Shown here: piece after piece, positions 26,707 through 38,170 of the stretch
Position numbering within the stretch: the first letter of the stretch is position 1
How the letters are laid out: the number at the start of each line of letters is the position of its first letter
Assembly: GCA_951406725.2 (NCBI GenBank)
Contig: OX597817.1
Coordinates: 130,448,001-130,512,000, forward strand
Direction of reading: 5' to 3'
DNA length: 64,000 nucleotides
Origin: Octopus vulgaris
Lineage: Eukaryota
Position numbers and translations under genes: made by a program
Notes under the pieces: generated by a model
What the model saw: only the letters and a program-made list of their open reading frames with translations
Told to the model about the DNA's origin: nothing
Databases searched by the model: none

Positions 26707-26882
26707 GCGAGAAAATGTTTAAGTAATAGTTATTATAGAGAGGATACAAAATACAGAGTGAAGTGGAGGAATGAAAACAGACGTGAGATACGTAAGGATA
26801 TTGTATCTGCAGTTCCATTATTTAAGCAGAATGGTGTATATATAAATTTCCTGTACCTTGTGTGTGAGTTCCAATATATATA

Positions 26883-27225
26883 TATGGTTAAGAAGCGGGC
26901 TTAGCAGCCACGTGGTTTCGGGTTCAGTCCCATTGCGTGTTGCTTTGGGCAAGTGTCTTCTACTGTAGGCCCGAGCCGACCAATGTCTTTGAATGGATTT
27001 GGTTGACGGAAACTGTGACAGCCTATGCGTATGTACATATGTGTGAGTGTGTCTATATTTGTTCCCCAACTGGTGTTGGTTTGTTTACGTCACCCTATAA
27101 CCTAACTATTCGACCAAAGATACAATAAGTCCCAAATTTTAAAACAGTATTGGAGCAGATTTTTGTGAGACGAAACCCTTCAAGGCGGTGTTCCATCATG
27201 AACGCACTTGACTGGGACATGTAAG
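26883..27225 (+). mobile_element. SINE family A, diverged
   Basis: ggttcagtcccattgcgtg..gggcaagtgtcttctact, plus a recognisable tail. Confidence 0.8.
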
Positions 27226-27251
27226 AGACAAATTATATATGTGTGTGTGTG

Positions 27252-27930
27252 TCATGGCGATACCTGGGCCTACGCAAAGTTGCAGAAAGTGTATGGAGAG
27301 GAGTTTATGAGCCGCACACAAGGGTACGAGTGGTTCAGACGTTTCCAAGATGGCCGAAAAATGTCGATATTGATGAACGCTCTGGGAGACCCGCAACCAG
27401 CAGAACTGAGAAAAACATTGTAGATGTGTGTGCAGCTGTGATGAGAAATCGTAGAATCACCATCCGTGAGTTATTAAAGGATGTGCAGATTAGTTACGGT
27501 ACAGTTCAGTCCATTATCACTGAAGATTTGGATATGAGACGCGTATCTTCCAAGTTTGTACGAAAACTGCTCTTAGCTGACCAAAAGGATACTCGGGTTT
27601 CAGTTGTACAAGATCTCCTTGATTATGTCGAGAACGATGAAAACTTTTTGAAAATTTTGCGTAGGCTTCTGAGCAGATATCGCCAAGCTTTTAGCAAAAT
27701 TTGCTGCAGATTCTCTGCTGAACTTTCTCTGTCATGGTCAATGCAATGATCACACGCGACACACCTTCCTTCCAAGCACTGTTGTAAACAGTGGAAGTGA
27801 GGTAGAACGTTAAAACTTAGTGCGCATGCACAGCAGAGATCAAAATCAATATGTGCCAAGTGCTTCACTCTGCGTGCTTTAGCTTCTTTACTATGGCAAC
27901 AGTCCGGATACTTATTCATCAGACCACGTA
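27252..27930 (+). mobile_element. decayed mariner (Tc1/mariner) element: transposase N-terminal HTH pseudogene plus right TIR
   Basis: KLQKVYGEEFMSRTQGYEWFRRFQDGRK, frameshift, then VDIDERSGRPATSRT..RRITIREL..ISYGTVQSII..RRVSSKFVRKLL. TIR-like end cagtccggatacttattcatcagaccacg-TA at 27900-27930; no DD34D domain. Confidence 0.9.
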
Positions 27931-28977
27931 TATATATATGTGTGTGTTAATTCGAGGAAGTTATATCCTCATTAGGGATTATATAATCCTAGGTATTCCA
28001 CTGGTTAATCCTTATCATATAATGCAAAAGTCACCGGTATATGTTAGAGATTATTGAAATTATATATTATCAATATTGAGGGGGTAAGAAAATGGAGAAA
28101 TAATGGATGTATGAATAATTTGTATGTTATAAAATGAGGAAATTTTCTTGAAAAGCTGATTATAAGACGTAAAGCTTTTTTCCTCCAATATATATATGTC
28201 GTGCAGTTTAGAAGTGGAGGAAGTCAGCTCTCAGTACATAGTGTAGTATTTTATACTGAGGATTTGCCTGCTTCTCAAGTTTCACGCTCTGCGAGATTTC
28301 AGGCGATTGTTGAAAAATCTAAGCACGAAACTCAGTAGCATTTTTTTTTAGTCAGTTTAAAATACGACAGTCTGTCTTCTACTATAACCACAGGCCAATC
28401 GAAACCTGTAAGTGGGTTTAGAAAACGGAAACTAAAAGAGCGACGTGTGTGTTTTGTATTTGTCCCCTACCACTGTTTTAACAACCGGTGTTGGTTTGCT
28501 TACGTTCTCGTAACTTAGCGGGTTTTGCAAAAGAGCTCGATAGAATAATTACTGGGTTCGATTTGTTTAACAAAATCCTTCGAAGAGATAACTCGGTACG
28601 GCTGCAGTTCATTGACTGAAACAAGTAAAAGATGAGACATTTTCAAAATCATTTCAAAAATACAAAACAGACAAAAAAAAATGTACATTTGCTCCGTTAT
28701 TGTAGTATCTCTCTCCCACCTTCCTTGGCTCCCTCTCCCCTCTCTTTTTTCTTTTCTTTTTTTTTTTGTTGTTTTTATTCCTTCTGTAAGCTGTCAGGTA
28801 CGAACATCAGGAATTTGGGGAATACGTTAATTACCAGTTAAAGAGTTTGAAAGCAATAATTTGGAGTAAAATACCTAAAAGCTATTTAATGTAATTAGAT
28901 TTTCCATTATCCCTTCGTTGACTTTATTTATAAATCGTGAGTACACACGCACACAATAATAATAATAATAATAATCT

Positions 28978-29394
28978 TTTCTATTGGAGGCACAAGGCCT
29001 CAAATTTGGGGGCGGGATTAACCGATTTCATCGACCCCTGTGTCTCACTGGTATTTAATTTATCGACTCCGAAAGGATGAAAGGCAAAGTCGACCTCGGT
29101 GACATTTGAACTCAGAACTCTGAACGTAAAGACGGACAAAATACCGCTAAGCATTTCGTCCAACGTGCTAACGATTCCTGCCAACTCGTAACCTTTAATA
29201 ATAATAATAATAATAATCCTTTCTACTGAAATTCTGTGGGAAGGGACTAGTCGATTACTTCAACCCCAATGTTTCACTGGTACTTAATTTATCGACCCTG
29301 AAGGGATGAAAGGCAAAGTCGACCTCGGCTGAATTTCAAATTAGAACATGAAGCATTTCGCCCGGCATGCTAACGATTCTGCCACTTCGCCACC

Positions 29395-29397
<3 letters not shown>
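28978..29397 (-). mobile_element. two SINE family B copies embedded in (AAT)n
   Basis: gaaaggatgaaaggcaaagtcgacctcgg-type core twice; (AAT)n on both flanks and between the copies. Confidence 0.85.
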
Positions 29398-29430
<33 letters not shown>

Positions 29431-30459
29431 TCGGGGATGTAGGGTTATGAAATAGTGCTTGTATGCTGGTTTATTTATGGTCCATTTCATCCAGTGATGA
29501 CTTGAAATTTAGATATTTTAGAAGGTAATTATCGAAGTAATGGCGTTCATTAAATATTTCCGATTTTGTAGCTAGATAATTTTTAATATTTCTTAACGCA
29601 AGACTGTTTTTAGCTGTACTTAAGCTGCATCCTCTTGCCGCATTTATATACGGTTTGCATTGCTCAGGACTGTTCGATTTTACAGTAAGTAGTCAGACAA
29701 TGGGATTAATGTTTATGTTGAAATTAACGAATAAATTTGAGTCTTTGATTGTTGTTGTTTCACTTCACCACTGAGTTTTTGCTTGTGATTAATTAATATA
29801 TGTCACTGCTTATATTAGCATTGTGCTATATTATGAGCACAGATTACACCATGAATCTTTTATTCTTGTTGGGAAAATTTTAAGATAGATATGTTGTTCA
29901 GTAATGTTTCCCTACATAGTTTGGATTTAGGTTGTGTAATGTGGTTAATGGGAAGTGTTGTACTGTGTTAGCCTATAACAGTTCGAGTCGTGAAGTTTGC
30001 AATCTAATTTGCAACTCACATTGGTTACTAGCTGGTTATGATTTGTTATTGAGATAACTACCGGCAAAAAATTTAATTACACACACACACGATCAGTCAT
30101 GTGATTGTGGTAAAGTGCAGTTGGTTAGTCTCTTGTTTAGAAAATACAAACGACTCGATAATTAATCAATAAAATTTATTAATCTAATCAAATACAGTTC
30201 AACCCATAACGAGATTAGACAGAAAATTCCGATGACAGGTGGTATACAGCTGCATTTCGAAAGCAACAAACATTCTTTATATTGCGATAATCAAACTTCT
30301 AAATACAAAGCAGGAAGAGATAATTGAGTACTACAGCTCGTTCAAAAGTACATCTGGTACATTTTATGAAACATCACGAATGCTTTGTAGCCGTCTGGTA
30401 TACTTACGCCTGTTTAGTTGAAAATAGTCCGCCGTAAAGGAAAAGGCAAAATATATATA

Positions 30460-30592
30460 TTGTTGTTTGTTCCTTCTCGAGCCATGCCTGGCTCATAAGG
30501 GCCGATTTCCCGGTTTCATTGGCGTATAGGTTCCCCACTTGGACGGGACCCCAGTCCGTCGCAGATGAGCTGCTAGATGCAGGAGGAAAGAG
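30460..30592 (-). mobile_element. V-domain-like SINE 3' fragment
   Basis: Minus strand ctgcgacggactggggtcccgtccaagtgggga..gaaaccggga resembles the V-SINE central domain; ends in an (AAC)-rich tail. Confidence 0.55.
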
Positions 30593-31104
30593 TTTTCGTT
30601 TCTCGCATGACAAAACATATAATGTGTGTATATTATATTCTGAAAGGTGACATTTTAACACGTCTTCCTATTCGATTATTGTGTGGATAGTTTATTTCTA
30701 CTGTTTTTTTTTTTCGTTAAAAGTGGCATCACACGCACACACACACACACATGTATGTATGTATAAATATTTCGCCTAGGCATTGCGATGCTAATAACCT
30801 GGTGTTAGAACTCAATCTACATATGCTTCATGTTTGAAACTTGAAGTTATAGGGTGATGCTTAAGCTCTCAACTATGAGTGCACTGTACCTTAAAGCTGT
30901 AAGCTAATGGATTTCATAACACAATTGTTTATTCTTTTGTCAATTTCTTGTGCATATCATCTATATACAATCTGAAACCTCATCTCTTCGATTTTACACG
31001 AGTAGCTTAGCATATTGTTTATTGATTGTTCCCATATATCCGAGAATGAATTTCGACGTACTTTATGACTGACTGACAAACATCTGGTCTTCTTAATCAC
31101 TTAA

Positions 31105-31210
31105 CCTTAGCACACCGTAGGTGCATCATGACACCGTATGAGTTTTCTCCCTTGTAGTAACAGAGCAGTGACAGGAGAAACAATTCTAGAAAAATGCAGT
31201 GTGCTAAAGG
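31105..31210. mobile_element. piggyBac-type MITE
   Basis: TTAA-ccttagcacac ... gtgtgctaaagg-TTAA. Confidence 0.7.
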
Positions 31211-31453
31211 TTAATAGATGATCTGGGTCAAAGAATGAATTATTAAATGTCTTTGATATTCACAATCTCAAATGCCAAAGATGGCAGTAACGAACCGTCA
31301 ATCTTGTAGATCAGTTGTTCCCAACCGGGATCCGTATAAGATTTTGCTAAAATTTATGTGCACTAAATTGCTTATACTTCTACAATACACAAAATATTAA
31401 AAACAAATTTTAATACAAGTCATAATAATATATATAATATATATATATATATA

Positions 31454-31504
31454 TTGATCCTGCCAGTAGTCATACGCTTGTCTCAAAGCTTAAGCCATGC
31501 AAGT
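31454..31504 (+). pseudogene. 18S rRNA 5'-end fragment (51 nt)
   Basis: ttgatcctgccagtagtcatacgcttgtctcaaagcttaagccatgcaagt differs at 3 positions from the common eukaryotic SSU start TTGATCCTGCCAGTAGTCATATGCTTGTCTCAAAGATTAAGCCATGCATGT. Confidence 0.92.
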
Positions 31505-31514
31505 TTATATAATA

Positions 31515-31891
31515 CTAGCAGTATCGCCCGGCGTTGCTCGGGTTTGTAAGGGAAATAACTATATAAGCACTTTTAGAGATGTAAAGTATAATAGCCATCT
31601 CAATATGGCTAACTACAAAGGGGGGTGTTACTGTAGCTTTTTACGTTCTGAGATTTAATAATAAATTTTTAGAGAGTTACTTCCCTTATATATGCCAAAA
31701 ATGCATTAAAAATGGGAAAAATTGATGGTAAATTTTTTTTTAAATCGTAGACTCATCGTAGACGCGCGCTAATACCCAGAAGGGCTCGATATGAATCACG
31801 ACTATGATACCCGGTTTTGGTTAAACTGCACCGCAAAATGTGGGAGTAGTTCGGAATCTAAATCGTAGGAGACAGACGGCACACAACCTCA

Positions 31892-31905
<14 letters not shown>
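31515..31905 (-). mobile_element. non-autonomous Helitron
   Basis: Same 3' end (ctagcagtatcgcccggcgttgctcgggtttgtaagggaaataactata on plus) as 10778; the 5' end merges into (TA)n. Confidence 0.8.
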
Positions 31906-31930
<25 letters not shown>

Positions 31931-32985
31931 TGAATTGCGATGGAGGTCCAGTAGAGTAAAATAGGAATCAAAGGGGTCCATAAGTAAACAGTGGTTGAGA
32001 ACCACTGCTTTAGGTGGTGGTAGTAGTAGTTTAGTAGTTAGACTCTCTTATCGATACTTTCAGTTGTAAATCAAGAGTTTGATAGAATTTTGTTTTTTGT
32101 TTATTTCCCCACTGAGCCGTGTCTGCGACTAAGTTTCCACATTTGACTTCACTTCGCTTAATGCACTTTTATTATCATAAATGCACAAAGACCACGAAAT
32201 CCTATTTTCTCCACTAATAAATCCTAACCGTTGCTTGTATGTTGGACTTTTCTTTTCTTCATAAAAAAACTTAAGTGTATTTAACTCCATTGCATCTGTG
32301 CGCTAGATATAGCAATCAAATTCTCTCAAATCACACCCTATTGTCTTCAAATAAAAATAGTGACGAAGGACGTAGTGAGAAATAAAGGTTGCGTTACACA
32401 AAACTGGATGTTCACGGGTGGAACGTATTTGATCATTATAGTAGGTCTACTCAATCACATCACATGCTGCCAAAATTTTAACACTTGCGATTGACTATGA
32501 TGCTCCAATTTCCCTAACCTTCCCTCTCCTCTTACTGACTATATAGAAGTTGAGGGTGGAAGTGATTATGGTTAAAGAAATGATACTGCCTAATGTTAGA
32601 TCTGACGTGTGTGTGTGTGTGTGTGTGTGATTTTTATCGATAGGCAATGAGAGACAAAGGAAGTGAGGCTGGCATAAAAATTTATTCCTCGTGTTTGAAC
32701 TATTTCTATTGCCGTTTATCATTTCGCAGTCGCAGAATATCGCTAGGTTCCTTGAATTCTACTGTTTTACTATCTTTAACTGTATTTGTGTGTAACGAAG
32801 AATAAAAGGAGCAGTGTCTTGGTGGAAATAGAACTGACAACCAATTCACTTAAGCGCAGCAGGACAGACAGGCAGGCCGACTCACACAAACAGATAAAGG
32901 CAGGCTGACACTATATAAATTGGTGTCAGGCAAGAGGGAGAGGAGTATGAGTAAGAGGTAAGAAGAAGTAGAGAGTGGTGTCGCA

Positions 32986-32995
32986 ATGACGTCAT
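32986..32995. promoter_or_regulatory. CRE/ATF-type palindrome ATGACGTCAT
   Basis: Perfect TGACGTCA within unique CpG-rich sequence; function unverified. Confidence 0.3.
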
Positions 32996-34503
32996 CGATT
33001 GTCGGCTAGGCTGGTTAGTTGGCTGGTTGGTTTGTGATAGACGATAACGTACATGACACTGCTTGTGTCATCGAATAAGTCTCAGTAGTTTTCAATATCA
33101 TCTCAGAAGGAGCCTTTGCTTGGTCGCTCGGCTTGCAAGAAAGAGCAGTTAAATCTCTCTCAGATCACTGTCCACCGTCTTGAAAATGTCCTAGGCGAAA
33201 TGTAATTAGCTGGAATACCTTCGATCATGGCTGTGCTAGATCCTGTTTGTCTTGGAGCTAAATCAAACAGCACTGTAGTACTAAATTAGTACATGGCTTA
33301 CATGCGGTTGTTGTTTAAGCTATACATTCCAACCATGACCGTCTCGATTTAGGGATTTCCACTGCGCCATTTACTTTTTCTAGGCAGCAGGGTTTTGCAT
33401 GTGATTTGAGGTTAACCTGACTAATGTCGTCTGTCAAGTTGAACGACTGCGTATGACTTAGCGGTTTGCCCCTAAAGCAGTCTTTTTCGAGCAGACCTAT
33501 GGTCAAACGCATTGTAACCATGACCATTCAGTCTGTTCGATGATTTCGTATTGGGCTACGCAACAACAATCAGTGGATTGCCAACGAGAGAATTTTTCGT
33601 CACTCTACATCTTCGCATTATAGCAACCAATTTTACCTCCAAATTACTTCCTAACTTTTTAAATACTGAAGGGCACATTAAGTAATGTAGTCCAAGACAC
33701 ACTGTCTGAATAATATGTGATGATTAGAACGTACACACTTGTGATCGTGGTGTTTTGATACGGGTTGAGCCGGTGTGTCTGAAATATGTTTGTCTATTGT
33801 GTACACACGTACGTTATATATGTGCCTCTCCTAAGTACTAGATAGAACTGTCTTTAGTGTATTAGTGTTAGATGAGTGTAGTGTAGCTTGAGTACAGCAG
33901 ACGCAGTGTGGTATTAATGTGGAATTAGTAGTGTCTGTGGGGCTGTTTCAGTACAGTGTATTTAACAAGATAGTTGATCCAAAATGTACGTCCTAGTGTA
34001 GCAGCTACTGTGTCCGTTTGATCATACAGTGTGTGTACATGCACAGACTTGCTGCTCACATATAGCTCTACCGTGGAACACTTCGCAAAAGAATTGGGGT
34101 ATTGCAACTTTTAACATCCCTTTCTCTTAAGATCAATAACGAAATTATAGTCCAACAACTGCTATCAAAACTGGTATCGCTGTCCTGGATAACTCTGAGT
34201 CTTCACATGTGCACATCGAATTCACATAACCTAATGAGCTCTCCTCTTTTAACACGGTTTGGTGGCTTGTGGGTGGTTTAGCTTTCTATCTTTCTATCTA
34301 TAGCTATCTGTCTACCTACCTATCTATATCTATTAATATCTCTGTTTATATCTATATATCTCTCTGTATTTCTGTCTATATCTCTGCCTATATCTATCTA
34401 TCTATCTATTTATATCTCTGTCTGTATCAATCTATCTCTGTCTAACTATATCTATCTATATTTATATCTCTATCTATATTTCTATCTTTCTATCTATATC
34501 ATA

Positions 34504-34914
34504 GACGTAGGAGTGGCTGTGTGGCAAATAGCTTGCTTACGAACCACATGGTTCCGGGTTCAGTCCCACTGCGTGGCACCTTGGGCAAGTGTTTTCTACT
34601 ATAGCCTCGGGCCGACCAATGCTTTGTGAGTGGATTTAGTAGACGGAAACTGAAAGAAGCCCGTCGTATATATATATATGTATATGTGTGTGTGTGTTTG
34701 TTTGTCTGTTTGTCTCCCCCCAACATCGCTTGACAACCGATGCTGGTGTGTTTACATCCCCGTAACTTAGCGGTTCTGCAAAAGAATCGAGAGAATAAGT
34801 ATTAGGCTTACAAAGAATAAGTCCTAGGGTCAATTTGCTCGACTAAAGGCGGTGCTCCAGAATGGCAACAGTCAAATGACTGAAACAAGCAAAAGAGTAA
34901 AGAGTAAAAGAGAG
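34504..34914 (+). mobile_element. SINE family A inserted in a (TATC)n/(TGTC)n tract
   Basis: Near-consensus head and tail, with tctatcta repeats on both sides (~34283-34503 and 34915-35027). Confidence 0.92.
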
Positions 34915-34964
34915 TATCTTTCTATCTATATCAATTTATATCTCTGTCTGTATCTATCTATCTA

Positions 34965-35003
<39 letters not shown>

Positions 35004-35259
35004 CTATATCTATCTATCTATCTATCTAAAGTGTGTTTGAAATTCTCCTCTATCCATGTCCGTGTGTATATGAAAATGTGTGCACGTGTATGTGCAGACT
35101 CACATAATCCGCTGTATATCTATCTGGAGAGGGAAGTCTTGTGGCCGACTCTAGTGTGACTTTTTAGTATGGTCCTTCTTCTCCATTCACAACTTTTCCT
35201 AATCCAAACATTGTATCTTCCCGTACGCAACAAACACTGTACAGATACTGTCTACTTCC

Positions 35260-36130
35260 ACTACCTGTCTCCGCCTCCTCACTTCTCTGATTTTAAACCT
35301 TTATCTCCTCCTCTTCTCTTCCTTTAGTCGTCACTCTTGTTTTATCGCTTTCTTTTCACCTTTGTCCTTCGCCTTCTCCAACTCTGTGTGTGTCCTCTTT
35401 CTCTTGTCTTGTCTCCTCTGTTAAATCTCATCGTATATATATATTCTTTCTTACCCCCCCTCTCTCTCTCTCTCTCTCTGTTTATCTTCCTTGTTCTCTA
35501 CATACTCAGTGCTGTTCTTCACTGCCTCTCTGCGTGTCTCTCTCTCCGACTTCCCCACTGTCTCTCGTTAATAAAACAAAGGTTGATTGTAGTCTCTCTC
35601 TTCCTCTCTCTCTTCCACCCTCTCTCTCTACGTTCTTACTTTCACTTATACCGCCTGCTGTTTTCTATCTTTCGCTATCTGTCTTCTCTGCCTCTGCATC
35701 GTTCTCACCTTTTACTGAATATATTTTTCTATCTCATTCTTCTGTCTCTCTCTCTCTCTCACTCTTCCCAGAACTGCCTGATTCTTTCTATCTCTGCATT
35801 CGTTTTTTTTTTCTTTCCCTCTCACTCTTGTTACTTTCACGCTTCTCCTTTCAACTCCCTCCACTACTTCCCCCCCTCTGATTTCGACTCCACTCACCCT
35901 GTAACCCTACCCCTCTCGCTCTTTGTTTTCCGTTTCTCTCACCTCCAACTCCAACACTGCGAGAGAATTATCCCCCCCTCCTTCCATCTCACTGACAGCT
36001 TCTAACTCGCTTCATTCTATCTATGTCTCTCACACACACACTCACTCACTCACTCTCTCACTTTCTGTTGTACCCCTTTTTCATTTTCTCTCTGCACTTC
36101 ACCATCACTACTATCATCACTGCTACAAAA
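35260..36130. repeat. pyrimidine-rich (CT) low-complexity tract
   Basis: Long C/T-biased strand; explains the L/S-rich ORFs. Confidence 0.8.
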
Positions 36131-36780
36131 ACCAACGAACTAAGCTATTCAATCATTCAGTGTTTGATTCTCTGGGAAGCCGTTGTGGATCAATCCATTT
36201 CTCCATTTCTACCTACCTAACATATATATTACTGATGTGACACATACACACATACATACATACACCACTGCCCATCTCATCCCTGGCCCTTTTATTTTTT
36301 CTTTTATTTACTGTTTTTGTTGTCTTCGGCTTTCTTTCCTTCGTCTTACACTCCGCGTGTAATGTCATTTTGTTTTCGTTTTAATTTTTGCCAAATTTAG
36401 TTCCCATCATTATTATTACTGCCTTCACCCCCCTCATCCCCGTCGTCGTAATTATTATTCATTCTTTATTTTTATTTTTGAAAACAGTCTCCCACCCATC
36501 CCTTCTCCTCATAGACAACAATACACTATAATCAACCAAGCATTTATACATATATTACAAACATACACACAAAGCTAAATATCCTCACCACACCGTATAA
36601 TACACACACACATATATATACATACACACACACAAAATCTACTTGGTCATCGCTTACTCTATCGTTCATTACCTTTGTCATCTTATCATTGTCTCACCGT
36701 CATCATAATCGTCGTCATCATTGTCATCGTCAACAACGTTGTTATCGCTCATCTTTAGTGTAGCACTCCCATTGTTATTG

Positions 36781-36901
36781 ATGTTTACCAGTGGAGTGCC
36801 GGCCCAGCGCAGCCAGGAGGGATTTTACCAAATTGGAACCGTTTATCAACGCTGTCGTAGGAGACATACTATACATAGAACTATTTCTTTTTCTTCAGAA
36901 G
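36781..36901 (+). CDS. candidate first coding exon of an unidentified gene
   Basis: ATG-initiated MFTSGVPAQRSQEGFYQIGTVYQRCRRRHTIHRTISFSSE, ending at a good donor AAG|GTGAGG (phase 1); unique, GC-richer island. Confidence 0.4.
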
Positions 36902-36947
36902 GTGAGGAGTCATTCACACACACACTTTTCTTGTGTTTTTTTTTAAA

Positions 36948-36978
<31 letters not shown>

Positions 36979-37169
36979 GACTCCGTTAATTAAATGTTTT
37001 TGAGTGATTGAATTGTAATTCTTTTTTTTTTTTTTTGTAAGGGCGGGAGGTATTTACTTTTGACGTCGAATGCTTTATTCGATTAGTGTATTCCCCTCCT
37101 CCCGCTGCCACATTTGTAATAATGATTGATAACATGACAGACAGACCGACAAAGAGGACAAGGCGACGG

Positions 37170-38170
37170 ATTATATATATATATCCCCTTCCACTAACTT
37201 GTAAGGATGAAAAGTTAAATTGGTTTAGCGGGGATCTGAACTTGGTTTTGATAACCACAGAGTTTGAACTCGGCATGTAAAGAACCAAGATAAATACTAC
37301 AGCAGTCTGTCGCTCTAACGATTCTACGGGTCGACTACCCTAAATAATAATCTTGTCTACTAAAGGCACAAGGTCTGAAATTTTGTAGGAGGGGACTAGT
37401 CGATCACATCGACCCCCAGTGGTACTTAGTTTATCGACCCTGAAAGGATGAAAGGCAAAGTTGACCTCGGCGGAATTTGAACTCGGGACGTAGAGACGGA
37501 TGAAATGCCGCTAAGCATTTTGCTCCGCATGCTAACGCTCCAGTCAGCTCGCCACCCTATAATAATAATAATAATTGTTTTTAATTGTAAAACGCGGCTA
37601 GCGATTTTAAAGGAGTTCATCGCTTTCCCTGCTTCCTCTTTAGAACTTGACTGGTACTTATTTCATCGACCGCGAAAGGATGACAGACAAAGTAAACCTC
37701 GGTGGTATTTGAACTCGGATCGTAAAAGAGCTGGAAGAATGTTGAATGTTTTTTTTTATTTATTTAGACACAAGGCCAGCAATTTTGAGTAGATGGAGAG
37801 TAGTTAGTACCATCGACCTCAGTACTTGGCTGTTACTCTATTATATCGATCCCAGAGGGATGAAAAACGAAGTTGACTTCAACGGGATTCGAACTCAAAA
37901 CATAAAGAATGCAGCAAAGCACCCCCCTCCCCGACGTTCTAAAGCTTCTGTCAATCTGTGGCCTTTAATGATGCTTGCAGATTTAGGCACAAGACATTTT
38001 GAGGGGACGGTGTGAGTGGATACCATTGACCCACAGGTATTAGATTGGTACTTTATTTTATCGACCCTAGAGGGATGAATGGCAAAGTTGACCGCGACAG
38101 AATGTGAACTCCGATTGTAAAAAGTAAATACAGCAAATTATTTTCTTCGACCTTCTAACGGTTCCGCCTT
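37170..38170 (-). mobile_element. cluster of about five co-oriented SINE B copies of varied divergence
   Basis: Repeated atcgaccc..ggatgaaaggcaaagttgacc..tttgaactc-type cores near 37200, 37435, 37665, 37845 and 38060. Confidence 0.75.

Larger units (their letters stand above)
31312..32007. mobile_element. hAT (Charlie-like) MITE hosting nested insertions
   Basis: TIRs cagttgttcccaacc / ggttgagaaccactg; degenerate 8-bp flanks ttgtagat / ctttaggt. Confidence 0.65.

Noticed and set aside
27243-27749. Intact transposase
   Set aside because: Frameshifted, catalytic domain deleted, left TIR missing.
28254-28345. CTGAGGA...GAAACTCAGTA hammerhead-like boxes
   Set aside because: Stem I does not pair, and the intervening region is long and poorly structured.
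30228-30270. CCGATGA...CGAAA hammerhead-like boxes
   Set aside because: No stem III, cleavage triplet or stem I pairing.
31454-31504. Functional rRNA gene
   Set aside because: Only 51 nt; the rest of the rDNA unit is absent.
35337-36005. 222-aa hydrophobic ORF
   Set aside because: CT-rich low complexity; non-ATG start; no recognisable domain.
36721-36780. Apparent signal peptide at the start of ORF 36721
   Set aside because: Starts at TTG shortly after an in-frame TAA; the first ATG is at 36781.
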